This document shows, one piece after another, positions 45,566 to 56,033 of a DNA stretch of 64,000 nt. How positions within the stretch are numbered: position 1 is the first letter of the stretch; each line of letters opens with the position of its first letter. Source of the stretch: an uncultured Solirubrobacteraceae bacterium (GTDB taxonomy: Bacteria; Actinomycetota; Thermoleophilia; Solirubrobacterales; Solirubrobacteraceae); NCBI GenBank assembly GCA_963723265.1, contig CAVRPY010000004.1, positions 167,063 through 231,062 on the forward strand, in the 5' to 3' direction. Both the position numbers and the translations under genes were made by a program. The notes under the pieces are model-generated. The model saw only the letters and a program-made list of their open reading frames with translations, searched no databases and had not been told where the DNA came from.

Positions 45566-46481
45566 CGCCGTAGCGGGCGCGGAACGAGCGGCTGAAGTGC
45601 GCGCGGCTGGCAAAGCCCCAGCGCATGGCGACGTCGAGCACCGGCTCCGCGGCCAGCGCGGGGTCGGCCAGGTCGCGGCGCGCGCGCTCCAGGCGGCGGG
45701 CCTTGATCGTCTGGCGCACGCCGTCGCCGGCGTACAGGCGGTTGAGGTAGCTGCGCGAGATGAAGTGGGCGCGGGCGATGGCGTCGGCGTCGAGCGCGGG
45801 GTCGCCGAGGCGGCCCTCGATGTAGGCGTCGACGCGGGCGCGCAGCTCCTCGGCCGCGCGGCGGGGCGCGGGGGCCGGGCGGTCGGGCAGGCACAGCGCC
45901 CGCATCAGGTCCAGCAGCCCCTCGGCCAGGTGGTCTCGGGCCGGCGCGCCGATGGTGCCGTCGTCCAGCCCGCCGGTCACCTGGCGCAGGTACCGGGCCA
46001 CCAGCGCGCCGACCGCGCCGTCGCCGTCGAGCGTTCGCGCGGTGGCCGCGCACAGCCGGTCGGCGTGCGGACGCAGCAGGTGGCGCGGCAGGTGGACGAC
46101 GAGCGCGTCGAAGCGGGTGCGCCCGGCCACCTCGTAGGGCCGCGAGGACTGCCATGTGGTCAGCTGGCCCGGCGCGACCAGGCACGAGCGGCCGTCCTGG
46201 CTGACCGCGCAGGTCCCGTTCAGCTGCAGCATCAACGCGACCAGCTCGGGATCGCCTTTGCGGATCAGCTGCGGGGTGCGCTGGGCGGCGGACGCGTCGG
46301 CGCTGATGCGGTCGATGTCGATGGCGCCGAGGCGGTGGCGCACCAGGCGCGCCGAGAACGGCCGCGCGCCGGCGCAGCGACGGTGGACCCTCAGCGGCTC
46401 GAACACCTGCGACGAGACCTCCGCCCAGGCGGCGAAGCCGTCCGCCGAAGACAACTGCGCCGTGTCGACGATCACGGCCAC
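45534..46481 (-). CDS. AraC-family regulator
   Basis: C-terminal IARAHFISRSYLNRL...RRLERARRDL...VAMRWGF.SRAHFSRSFRARYG.SP; AGGAGG RBS. Confidence 0.9.
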   Translation of the reverse strand: MAVIVDTAQLSSADGFAAWAEVSSQVFEPLRVHRRCAGARPFSARLVRHRLGAIDIDRISADASAAQRTPQLIRKGDPELVALMLQLNGTCAVSQDGRSCLVAPGQLTTWQSSRPYEVAGRTRFDALVVHLPRHLLRPHADRLCAATARTLDGDGAVGALVARYLRQVTGGLDDGTIGAPARDHLAEGLLDLMRALCLPDRPAPAPRRAAEELRARVDAYIEGRLGDPALDADAIARAHFISRSYLNRLYAGDGVRQTIKARRLERARRDLADPALAAEPVLDVAMRWGFASRAHFSRSFRARYGVSPSAVRPAP

Positions 46482-46582
46482 GCGGCTCCTCCTCTCCTCT
46501 TGGACGCAACTGTAGAGGCACGGGCAAGCGGGTGTGGCCATGCGGTCACGCGCACGCCCGCTGCCCGGCGTACGGTGGGCGC

Positions 46583-47779
46583 GTGCCCATTCCTGTGACC
46601 CATGTCGGGAGCCTGGTCCGCCCCGACGAGCTGATCTCCTTCATGCGGGCCATCGACGCCGGCGAGCCCTACGACGAGGCGGCCTACCAGCGCTGCCTGC
46701 GCGACAGCGTGCGCGACGTCGTGCGCCGCCAGAAGGAGGTCGGCGTCGACATCGTCAGCGATGGCGAGTACGGCAAGTCCTCGTGGAACTACTACGTCTA
46801 CCGCCGCCTGGCGGGCCTGGAGCTGCGCCCGGCGCCGCCCGTGCGCATGCAGGCGGTGACCGAGGAGTCGCGCGAGGAGGACCCGACGATCGCCACCGAC
46901 TGGGCGCGCTTCCCGGAGTTCTACGCCGCCTACTTCGCCAAGGAGCAGGGCGAGTTCGAGGAGCCGGGCGGCATCTGGGCCTGCACGAGCGAGATCCGCT
47001 ACACCGGTCAGGAGGCGATCGCCCGCGACATCGCCAACCTGCGCGCCGCGATGGATGCCGAGGGCGTCTCGGAGGGCTTCCTGCCCGTGGTGGCGCCGGC
47101 CTCGTGCTTTCCGACGCTGATCGACGAGCACTACGGCTCCGAGCAGGCGGCGCTGATGGGCGTGGCCGAGGCGCTGCGCGAGGAGTACCGCGCGATCGTC
47201 GACGCCGGCCTGTCGGTGCAGGTCGACGACGCGTTCATCCCGTTCATGTACGACGTGCTCGTGCCGCCCGGGACGATGGACGACTACCTGGCCTGGGCGC
47301 GCCCGCGCATCGACGCCGTCAACCACGCGCTGGAGGGGCTGCCGCCCGAGCGGGTGCGCTACCACGTCTGCTGGGGCAGCTGGAACGGCCCGCACACCAA
47401 CGACATCCCGCTGCGCGACGTGCTCCAGCTCGTCTTCTCGGTCAACGCCGGCACCTACCTGTTCGAGGCGGCCAACCCCCGCCACGAGCACGAGTGGCGC
47501 GTGTGGCAGGACGTCGAGCTGCCGGCGGGCAAGAAGCTCGCCCCGGGCGTCATCTCACACGCGACGAACGTCGTCGAGCACCCCGAGCTGGTGGCCGAGC
47601 GGCTGGAGCGCATCGGGCGGCTGGTCGGCGCCGAGAACCTGCTGGCGTCCACGGACTGCGGCTTCGCCCAGGGGCCGTACCTGCAGCGCGTGCACCCAAC
47701 GATCCAGTGGGCCAAGCTGCGCGCGCTGTCCGAGGGCGCCGCGCTGGCCTCGCGCGCCCTGGAGGGCGCCCCGGCCTAG
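46583..47779 (+). CDS. Cobalamin-independent methionine synthase II family (core MetE/epoxyalkane:CoM-transferase-like)
   Basis: THVGSL.RP, DGEYGK, QVDD, Zn ligands HVCWG and TDCG. Confidence 0.85.
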   Translation: MPIPVTHVGSLVRPDELISFMRAIDAGEPYDEAAYQRCLRDSVRDVVRRQKEVGVDIVSDGEYGKSSWNYYVYRRLAGLELRPAPPVRMQAVTEESREEDPTIATDWARFPEFYAAYFAKEQGEFEEPGGIWACTSEIRYTGQEAIARDIANLRAAMDAEGVSEGFLPVVAPASCFPTLIDEHYGSEQAALMGVAEALREEYRAIVDAGLSVQVDDAFIPFMYDVLVPPGTMDDYLAWARPRIDAVNHALEGLPPERVRYHVCWGSWNGPHTNDIPLRDVLQLVFSVNAGTYLFEAANPRHEHEWRVWQDVELPAGKKLAPGVISHATNVVEHPELVAERLERIGRLVGAENLLASTDCGFAQGPYLQRVHPTIQWAKLRALSEGAALASRALEGAPA

Positions 47780-47800
47780 CGGCACTCGCTCCCCCGACGC

Positions 47801-47849
47801 GTTGCTTGTCACATTCGTGCCCGTGAGGGGAACGAACCTGACAAGCAAC
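47801..47849. repeat. Long imperfect palindrome (REP-like or bidirectional terminator)
   Basis: gttgcttgtca...ttcgt...acgaa...tgacaagcaac between convergent genes. Confidence 0.65.
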
Positions 47850-47863
47850 CGCAGGTGGGCGGG

Positions 47864-48109
47864 TCAGGCGTCGGGGACCAGCTCGTACAGCACGCCGTCG
47901 CCGAGCGCGCGGACGCGCCCGTGGCGCACCGCCGCGTTCAGCGCGACGTCGAAGTCCCATCCGCCGTGGGCGATCCCTCCGCCGCACAGCTCGGCCAGCC
48001 GCTCGCGCGTGAGCGGGCCGTAGTCGCGCAGGACGTGCTCGATGCGATGCTCGCCCGCCTCGCTGTGCGTGTGCGCGGCGTCGGGCGGGAATCCCTCGTT
48101 GGCGCTCAT
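47864..48109 (-). CDS. Small hypothetical protein (winged-helix-like)
   Basis: 81 aa: GPLTRERLAELC...FDVALNAAVRHGRVRALGDGVLYE. Confidence 0.55.
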   Translation of the reverse strand: MSANEGFPPDAAHTHSEAGEHRIEHVLRDYGPLTRERLAELCGGGIAHGGWDFDVALNAAVRHGRVRALGDGVLYELVPDA

Positions 48110-48250
48110 AGGTCAAGCGTACGACCCCGCGGCCTGCGCTGGGTCCGATCGCGGCCCTCGGTCCTCGCCCAGCGGCGAAGCGGACATCCGACATACGCCC
48201 CTTGAAGGCGAAGTTGGACATCGGAACGCCCGGCTTGAAAGGCTGCGCCC

Positions 48251-49258
48251 ATGGATGCCACCGCCCTATGGATATCCCGCGAGCGCCACGCTGAGCTGCG
48301 CCCCGCGACGGCCCCGGATCCCGCCCCCCACGAGATCCGCGTCAAGGCCATCGCCTCCGGGATCAGCACCGGCACCGAGCTCGTCCTCTACCACGGGCTG
48401 GGTCCGGGCGACCAGGCGATGACGCCGTCGACGTGCGAGGGGCGCTGGGACCTCCCGGTGAAGTACGGCTACCAGAGCGTCGGCCGCGTCATCGACGCCG
48501 GCCGCGACGCCGGCTACCGCGAGGGCGATCTGGTCTTCTGCCGCTACCCGCACCAGGACGTCTACACGATCGACGCGACCGACCCGGAGCTCGTCTATCG
48601 CATCCCTGAGTTCGATCCGCCCGAGATCGGCGTGCTCGGCAACAACGCCGACGTCGCCCTGACCGCCCTGCTCGACGTGCCGGTCCGGCTCGGTGACGTC
48701 GTGGTCGTCGTGGGACTGGGAATCGTCGGCATGTTCTGCGCGCTGCTGGCCCGCCGCACCGCCGGCACCCTCGTGGTCGTCGACCCGTTCGAGTACCGCC
48801 GCGACATCGCGTTGCGCCTCGGTGCCGACGTCGCCGTCCACCCCGACGACGCGATCGCGGCGGTGCGGGAGGCCAGCGACGGGCGCGGCAGCGACGTCAG
48901 CATCGAGGCCAGCGGCGCCGCGTCCGGGCTGCAGCTCGCGATCGACGCCAGCGGCCTGGAGGCCGACGTCTGCGTCGTCGGCTGGTACGGGGCCAAGCAG
49001 GTCCCGCTGGTGCTCGCGCCTCAGTTCTACTCGCAGCGGCTCAAGCTCGTCAGCTCCAGCGTCCTGTACGCGGGGTCGGGCCTGCAGCCGCGTTGGGACC
49101 TCGGGCGCAAGCTCCAGGCCGCGCTCGACCTGCTGCCGAGCATGCACCCGCACGAGATGATCAGCCATCGGGTCCCGTTCTCCCGGGCGCCCGAGGCGTT
49201 CCAGCTCCTCGACGAGCACCTCGACCAGACCCTGGCGGTGATCCTCACCTATGACTGA
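48251..49258 (+). CDS. MDR-superfamily NAD(P)-dependent dehydrogenase lacking canonical Zn ligands
   Basis: GISTGTE in place of CHTD, YGYQ in place of GHE, Rossmann GLGIVG, IEASG. Confidence 0.8.
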   Translation: MDATALWISRERHAELRPATAPDPAPHEIRVKAIASGISTGTELVLYHGLGPGDQAMTPSTCEGRWDLPVKYGYQSVGRVIDAGRDAGYREGDLVFCRYPHQDVYTIDATDPELVYRIPEFDPPEIGVLGNNADVALTALLDVPVRLGDVVVVVGLGIVGMFCALLARRTAGTLVVVDPFEYRRDIALRLGADVAVHPDDAIAAVREASDGRGSDVSIEASGAASGLQLAIDASGLEADVCVVGWYGAKQVPLVLAPQFYSQRLKLVSSSVLYAGSGLQPRWDLGRKLQAALDLLPSMHPHEMISHRVPFSRAPEAFQLLDEHLDQTLAVILTYD

Positions 49259-50053
49259 GCTCGCGGACGCCCACTGCCATCTCGACGCGCTGTCCGAAGA
49301 GGAGCTGGAGAGCGGGCTGCGTGATGCCCGCGCGGCCGGGATCAGCCTGATGGTGACGGTCGGCATGGACGTCGAGACCTCAACCCGCGCGGTCGAGATC
49401 GCCGAGGCCAACGACGGCGTGTACGCGGCGGTGGGCCTGCACCCATGGCTCGCGCAGGACCACCCGGACGGCCCGCCGGTCGAGGCGCTGCGCGACCTGG
49501 CCCGCAGCAGCAAGGTCGTCGCCATCGGCGAGATCGGCCTGGACTTCATCGGCAACATCTGGCGCGATCTCTCCTACGACGACCCGGAGCTGCAGCGCAT
49601 CCAGGAGGCGGCGCTGCGGAGCCAGCTCCAGCTCGCCCACGAGCTGGAGCTGCCGGTGATCCTCCACTGTCGCGGCGCGCACGAGCCGATCACCCGCATC
49701 CTGGCCGAGGAGGCGATGGACCGGCTGGGCGGGTGCGTGCAGTTCCAGGAAGGCAGCGCGGCCGACGTCGAGCGCTACACCGCGCTGAACTTCACGTTCT
49801 CGGTCGGCTCCAGCGTGACCCATCCCGACCCGGGGGGTTGGCACGACGCGGTCCGCGCCGTCCCGACGACGCGCTGCTGCTGGAGACCGACGCGCCGTGG
49901 CTGCCCTACCACGGCTCGGGCCGATCGCGCAGCGTGCCCGCCGACCTGACCGTCGTCGGCGAGGCCGTCGCGCACGTCCGCGCGACGGATCCCCGGCGCG
50001 TGTTCGCCCTCACCGCCGCCAACCTCCGGCGCGCCCTGGCGCGGATCCGATGA
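49251..50053 (+). CDS. TatD-family metallohydrolase (frameshift near 49865)
   Basis: DAHCHL, VGLHP, AIGEIGLD, ILHCR, LLETDAP. Confidence 0.85.
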
Positions 50054-51398
50054 GCGTCGACCTGCTGCTGAGCGGCGATCTCGTCCTGGAGGACCGTGTG
50101 GTCGCGGGCGGCGCTCTGGCGATCGCCGACGGCCGGATCGCCGCCGTGCTGGAGCCCGGCGACAGCCGGCCCGACGGCCGCGACCGTGCGCGACTTCACG
50201 GGACGCTACCTCATGCCGGGCGTCGTGGACACCCACGTGCACGCCGGCAGCTTCGAGACCGAGGACCTGACCACCACGACCGCCAGCGCCGCGTTCGGCG
50301 GCGTCACGACGATCGTCGACATGCCCTATGACCTGGCGGCGCCGGTGATGGGCGCGGCGCGGCTGGCCGAGAAGATCGCCCAGGTCGAGAGCAGGCGATC
50401 GTCGACGTCGGGCTCTACGGCACGATGCGGCAAGACCGACGGCGTGGGGGTGCTCGACGAGCTCGTCGACGGTGGGGTGTGCGCGTTCAAGTTCTCGACG
50501 TACGAGTACGATGCGCGGCGGTTCCCGCGCATCGCCGACGGCGATCTGCTGGCGGCGTTCGAGGCGACTCGCGCCCACCGGCATGCCGATCGTGCTGCAC
50601 AGCGAGCTACAGGAGGTCGTCGAGCGCCGCCGGGCTGTTGACGCCGCCGCGCGACGACGACGCGCACGCACGCACGGCGCACGCGCCCGCCGGTGTCGGA
50701 GACGGGCGCCGTCGGCGAAAGCGCTGGAGCTTCGCGAAGTGGAGCGGCGCGCGGCTGCACGTCGCCCACTGCACGCACCCGCACACCTTCCGGCTCATCG
50801 GCTTGTACCGCGGGCTCGGCGCCGCGGTGTCCGGCGAGACCTGCGTCCACTACCTGGTGCTGACGAGGACGACGTGGCGCGCCTCGGCACGATGGCGAAG
50901 GTCAACCCGCCGATCCGCGACGGGCGGCGCAGCGCGGCTGTGGCGAGCAGCTGCGCGACGGCGAAACGCGGCGGTATCCGACCGATCACGCGCCGTGGCC
51001 GATCGAGACGAAGCAGCGCAGATGCTGCGGCGCGTCCGCGGCACGCCCGGCCTCGAGACGTTCCTGGCCGTGCTGGTCACGGCCGGCGCCGGCGCGACTC
51101 GCGCTGCCCGAGCTGCTCGGCTACCTGACCTGGCGGCCGGCGGAGTTTCGGGCTCGGCGAGCGCAAGGGCAGGCTCGCGGCCGGGCTCGACGCCGACGTC
51201 GCCGTCTTCGACCCCCGCCGCAACGTGGCGTTCCGACGCCACCGAGACCCTCCGAACGCCGACTGGAGCGCGTTCGACGGGTCGACGTTCGCCGGACGCG
51301 TGGAGGCGACCTACGTGCGCGGGCGGCAGGTCTTCGCCGACGGGCGGGTCACGGGGGCCGCCGGGGACGGCGCGTGGCTGCGGCGGGCCGCGACGTGA
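50050..51398 (+). CDS. Cyclic amidohydrolase (allantoinase/dihydroorotase/hydantoinase family; indels)
   Basis: PGVVDTHVH, GGVTTIVDMP, AFK, LHSE, LHVAH, ETCVHYL, KVNPPIR, DHAP, KGRLAAGLDAD. Confidence 0.82.
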
Positions 51399-52619
51399 GC
51401 GCCGCCGGGCCCGGCGATCGACGGCGCGCGGCTGGCCTCGGCCCTGGACGCCCTCGCGGCGATCGGCGCGAGCGGCGGCGGCGTGACCCGCGTGGCGTAC
51501 TCGCCCGACGACCTGCGCGCGCGTGCCTGGGTGCGCGCGCAGCTCTCCGAGCTGGGGCTGGACGTCCGCGTCGACGCCGCCGGCAGCACGATCGCGGTGC
51601 TCGCGGGCACGCAGGAGGGCCTCGCGCCGATCGGGGTCGGCTCGCACACCGATACGGTGCCCGACGGCGGCCGGTTCGACGGCGCGCTCGGGGTGGCCGC
51701 GGCGATCGCCTGCGTGAGTGCGCTGGCCTGGATCCGGACGGCTGCGCCATCCGGTGGCCGTCATCGACTTCGAGGCCGAGGAGGCAACGATGGGCGGCGC
51801 GACGTTCGCCAGCCGCGCGATGGCCGGGACCCTCGACGATGGCGCGATCGACCGGTTCGGCCTACGACGGGAGGCCGGTACGCGAGCACCTGCGACGCGC
51901 CGGGCTCGACCCCGAGGGTCTGGCGGAGGCCCGTCTGGATCCGGGCGCATTCGCCGCGTTCCTCGAGCTGCACATCGAGCAGGGCCGCGTTCTCGAGGCC
52001 GCCGGGGTCCCGATCGGCGTGGTCGAGGGCATCGCGGGGATCCGGCGTCTGGCGGTGACGTTCACGGGCACCGCCGGCCACGCCGGCACCACCCCGATGG
52101 ACGCCCGCGACGACGCGCTCGTCGCCGCCGCGCCGTTCGTGATCGCGGTGCGCGACGCCGCCGTGCGCCACGGGGTCGTGGCGACGGTCGGGACGCTGCG
52201 CGTGCATCCGGGCGCGCCCAACGTGGTGCCCGGCCGCGTCGACCTCGACGTCGAGCTGCGCGGCACCTCGGTCGATCGGGTGGCCGCCGCCGAGGCCGAC
52301 CTGCTGGAGCTGGCGGGCACGGCCCGCGCCACCGCGACCCGCGTCTCCCAGAAGCCCCCGGTCGCCTTCTCGCCCATGCTGCTCGACTGCCTGGAGGACG
52401 TCTGCCGCAGTGCTGGGGTGGCGTCGCTGCGGCTGTCGAGCGGCGCCGGGACACGACGCCGGGGCGCTCGCCACCATCACCGACGCGGCGATGCTGTTCG
52501 TCCCCAGCCGCCACGGCATCAGCCACTCCCCCGACGAGCACACCGGGAGCGACGACTGCGTCCGGGGCGCACAGGCCCTGCTCGACTGGCTCGTCGCCGT
52601 GGACGCGGCGCTGGACTGA
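51395..52619 (+). CDS. M20 Zn-dependent N-carbamoyl-amino-acid/allantoate amidohydrolase (indels)
   Basis: GSHTDTVPDGGRFDGALG, EEA, ELHIEQG, GHAGTTPM, HDA, GISHSPDE. Confidence 0.87.
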
Positions 52620-52691
52620 CGCTCGCTGCCGGGCTGCGGGTGCGGGACGTGCGGCCCCGCACCCTGACAGCCGCGACTCGGGGAGAACCGG

Positions 52692-53798
52692 CTACCCCGC
52701 CGGCGGGGCGATCGCCTGCATCGCGGCGCGGTAGTTGATGCAGCCCGACCAGCGGAACATGTACCCGTAGGTGGGGTCCTGCCGGATCCCGTACTTGGCC
52801 GCGACCTGGTCCCACGGGTTGCCCTGGCCGACGGCCGTGTACGTCAGCGGCGACTCCATCATCGGCGCAAACCCGTCGCCGCCGGTGTCGCCGAAGTACA
52901 GCCCGTAGCGGGCCATCGCCTTGGCCACCGTCTTCTCCCAGCCCGGGCACACGACCTGTCGATCGCGGCGTCGCTCATGTTCAGCCGGAAGCGCTGACCC
53001 ATGGCCGGAGCGGTCGCTGTCGCCGCCGCGCGACGACCCGTACGCCGGGTAGACCGTGCCCGACGAGCCGCCGCGGATGACGACGAACAGCGCGTGCGGG
53101 ATGACGCCGGCCGCGATCTCGTTCGCGCGGATCACGCCGGCGGCCAGGCCGAAGTCGGCGGCGGTTCCGCCGCCGATCGACGAGTCCCGGCGCTTCATCC
53201 CCGCGGTGACGACGCCCGGCCCGTTGGAGCGCTGGCGGTGGGCGATGTTGCAGCGGACCGTGGAGCCGGAGGGCGCCGAGGCCTGCCAGAAGTCGTACTC
53301 CCAGCCGTCGGGCTGGATCACCGCCATGTGCCCGTCGCTCGAGGTCGTGGGCCGTGCGCCGGGCGGGATGTGGATGACCCGGCCGGTGACCCCGCCGCTG
53401 TTGCACTGGATCGTGTACTTGGGGTCGCCGCTGCGGGCGACGTAGATCGGATGCGAGTAGTCGGCGCTCGGCGACGCGGCGACGCGCATCGGCGACGGCG
53501 TCGTCCCCAGGCCGCTGTTGCCGACGATCGCCGACGAGTTGGGCTTGACCTCGACGTTGGCCGGGATCGGCGTGTTGAACGGGCTGCGATCCGAGTAGGG
53601 CCGGCCGAGCGTGTTCTTCGGCGGCGCCGGGCGCTTCTTCGGCCGCGTGGACCGGCCGGGCTTCTTGTGCCCGTGGCGCTTCTTGTGCTTGTGCTTGTGC
53701 TTGTGCGTGTGCTTGTGCTTGTGAGCGACCGCATCGACGGTGCCCACGCCCGCAATCGTCGTGCACGTGGCCAGCAACGCCACGAGAAGCTTCCGCAT
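52692..53798 (-). CDS. Secreted protein with His/Lys-repeat linker and unknown globular domain
   Basis: Signal peptide MRKLLVALLATC...; HKHKHTHKHKHKHKK; SPFNTPIP...DGH...EYDFW; local indels near 52950-53010. Confidence 0.65.
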   Translation of the reverse strand: MRKLLVALLATCTTIAGVGTVDAVAHKHKHTHKHKHKHKKRHGHKKPGRSTRPKKRPAPPKNTLGRPYSDRSPFNTPIPANVEVKPNSSAIVGNSGLGTTPSPMRVAASPSADYSHPIYVARSGDPKYTIQCNSGGVTGRVIHIPPGARPTTSSDGHMAVIQPDGWEYDFWQASAPSGSTVRCNIAHRQRSNGPGVVTAGMKRRDSSIGGGTAADFGLAAGVIRANEIAAGVIPHALFVVIRGGSSGTVYPAYGSSRGGDSDRSGHGSALPAEHERRRDRQVVCPGWEKTVAKAMARYGLYFGDTGGDGFAPMMESPLTYTAVGQGNPWDQVAAKYGIRQDPTYGYMFRWSGCINYRAAMQAIAPPAG

Positions 53799-54123
53799 GT
53801 CGACAACCCCCTGCCGGTTGTGCGTATGGATTCGGCGGACGGCCGCATACTGCCTGCTCGGCCGGCGGCAGGTCGCGTGCTCGGGAGCCGTTCCTGCTCG
53901 AGCTCCATGACGAGAGAAGCCCCGAAATCCGGATCGATGCCCACACGTGGCGCAATGCCCATCGAGGGCCGGGGTCGGCCGCGATCGGCGCTGGGCTTCC
54001 TTCCTCCGCGTCCGTCTCCCGTCCGTTTGCCCGCACTCGACGGTTCAGCCTGGCCCGACGCCTGGATTCGCCCCTTCGCGTGCTGCCGGCAACGGTCATT
54101 CGTACGTCCGTTAGGGTGTTTGT

Positions 54124-54492
54124 ATGGCCGACGATCGGTGCGAACTGCTGTGTCTCGATGTGCCGCGAGCCGAGGAACTACGGCGCCTGTCACCGACGCT
54201 GCGCGAGCTTGAAGAGGTCTCCGCACGCGCCAAGGCGCTGTCCGACCCGACACGCCTGAGCATCGCGATCGCACTCGCCAGAGGCGGCGAGCTCTGCGTC
54301 TGCGACCTCGCATGGGTGGTGGAGCGCGACGAGAAGCTTGTCTCGCACCACGTTCGCGCGCTGCGGGCCGCTGCGGTCGTCACGTCCCGCCGGGACGGCA
54401 AGATGGTCATGTACGAGCTGACGATCGCCGGCAGGAACCTGCTGTACGCCGTCGCCGCAGGTTCCCGCATCGGCGATCCGGTGACCACATGA
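54124..54492 (+). CDS. ArsR/SmtB (CadC-like) metal-sensing repressor
   Basis: DRCELLCLD, KALSDPTRL, ELCVCDLA, VSHH.R.L, RRDGKMVMY. Confidence 0.9.
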   Translation: MADDRCELLCLDVPRAEELRRLSPTLRELEEVSARAKALSDPTRLSIAIALARGGELCVCDLAWVVERDEKLVSHHVRALRAAAVVTSRRDGKMVMYELTIAGRNLLYAVAAGSRIGDPVTT

Positions 54493-55211
54493 GCAGCATC
54501 CCGATCGCCTCCGCACCTCCGGCGGTCGCTGCGCCAAGCCAGGCAACCGTCGAACGACTCGCACGCCGAGCGCGCGTGTTGTCCTGGCTCTCCCTGGCGT
54601 GGATGACCGTCGAAGGCGGCGTGGCGATCTTCGCGGGGATCGTCGCATCATCCGTCGCGCTGGTCGGATTCGGCCTGGATTCCGCCATCGAAGGATTCGC
54701 CAGCGCCATCATCATCTGGCGCTTCACCGGACACAGGATCCATTCCGACTCCGCCGAGCGGCGAGCCCAGAAGCTCGTTGCGATCCAGTTCTTCATCCTG
54801 GCTCCGTACGTCGCCGTGGAGTCGGCCAGGGCGCTCATCTCCGGAGAGCACCCCGGCGAGTCGATCGCCGGCATCGCACTCGCGATCGGCTCGATCATCT
54901 TCATGCCGATGCTCGGCCTCGCCAAGCAGCGAATCGCCGACGAACTCGGATCGGCCGCGACCAAGGGCGAGGGACGACAGAACATGCTGTGCGCCTACCT
55001 CGCCGGGGCACTCCTCGTCGGTCTGCTCGGCAACGTCGTCTTGGACGCGTGGTGGCTGGATCCTGTCGTCGGGCTGCTCATTGCAGCCGTTGCCGTCAAG
55101 GAAGGTCTCGAGGCCTGGCGTGGCGAGGGATGCTGCGTCTCGTCGCCGATCCCGAGCACCGCGAACGGCCGCGCCTGCCGCTGTGAACCTGGGTGTGGCT
55201 GCTGCTCTTGA
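54489..55211 (+). CDS. Short cation-efflux (CDF-like) membrane protein with Cys-rich tail
   Basis: SVALVGFGLDSAIE, WWLDP, C-terminal GCC...CRCEPGCGCCS. Confidence 0.8.
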   Translation: MSSIPIASAPPAVAAPSQATVERLARRARVLSWLSLAWMTVEGGVAIFAGIVASSVALVGFGLDSAIEGFASAIIIWRFTGHRIHSDSAERRAQKLVAIQFFILAPYVAVESARALISGEHPGESIAGIALAIGSIIFMPMLGLAKQRIADELGSAATKGEGRQNMLCAYLAGALLVGLLGNVVLDAWWLDPVVGLLIAAVAVKEGLEAWRGEGCCVSSPIPSTANGRACRCEPGCGCCS

Positions 55212-55223
55212 TGGAGGACTCGC

Positions 55224-55268
55224 CGTCTCGCCCAGCAGACTGCCGCGCCCGCGGGCTCCACGCCCCGC
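55224..55268 (+). repeat. Direct repeat copy A (partner at 56373-56414)
   Basis: 28-bp identity cgtctcgcccagcagactgccgcgcccg plus ggctccacgccccgc. Confidence 0.75.
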
Positions 55269-55422
55269 GCGACGGCCGGGACCAGGTACGCGAGCGGCCG
55301 ACGCCGCTCGCCCGACCCAGAGCCGGCGGCCTGCTCTCGGTTGCGGACGATCGTGGTCATTGGCAGCAGGCTGCGACACCTATCAGCAACCCATGAGGTC
55401 GTTGGGCGCCGGGCCCCGGCCT

Positions 55423-55476
55423 TGTCAAGGCCGGTTGAAAGCAGATCCTCTGACGCCGGTTGAAACGTGACCCCCT
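55423..55476 (+). mobile_element. Orphan IS21-family-like terminal repeat
   Basis: Begins TGTCAA and carries tandem gccggttgaaa...ga(t/c)cc sub-repeats typical of IS21 ends; no transposase follows. Confidence 0.55.
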
Positions 55477-55553
55477 GGCGGTGTTCGCCACGGGCGGCAC
55501 TCCGGCTCGCCCTCCGGGCTCTGCACGAGGCCCGTGACTGACTTCCCGGCGCG

Positions 55554-56033
55554 TCAGTCCTTGTTGTAGTCCCAGGTCAGCCAGTTGACGGGCGTCAGCG
55601 TGACGATCATTCGGCCCTCGGCCATGATCGGATCGACGTAGGCGGACGCCTCCGGTCCGAGATAGCGCACGAGGATCTTCTCGGTGACCTCGCGGATCAG
55701 ATCCTCGTCAGACGACAGCTCGGCGGTCGCGAAGCACACGACCGACCGCGCTCCCGCGTCGAGGCCCTCGGTGAGTCGCGGATCCTCGTCGACGCACAGG
55801 GTGCAGTGGCTGTCCTGGCGGAGGTTGCGCAGATGGCGGCGGTCAGCGCCGAGCGTGTGGAAGAAGCGCCCCGACTCCCACAGGTACCAGATCGGCGTGA
55901 CGTGCCACCAGCCGTCCCCCCGGTTCGTGGCGAGCCGCCCGTCCTGGCGCACCGCAAGGAACTCGTCGATCTCCTGCCGGTTGAGCGCATTCTCCTTGGT
56001 CGCAGTGGACTTGCTCTTGGGGTTCTGGCTCAT
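55554..56033 (-). CDS. Pyridoxamine 5'-phosphate oxidase-like (split-barrel flavin/F420-binding) protein
   Basis: RLAT...DG..HVTPIWY, RNLRQD..CTLCVD, TWDYNK; AGGAG RBS. Confidence 0.82.
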   Translation of the reverse strand: MSQNPKSKSTATKENALNRQEIDEFLAVRQDGRLATNRGDGWWHVTPIWYLWESGRFFHTLGADRRHLRNLRQDSHCTLCVDEDPRLTEGLDAGARSVVCFATAELSSDEDLIREVTEKILVRYLGPEASAYVDPIMAEGRMIVTLTPVNWLTWDYNKD

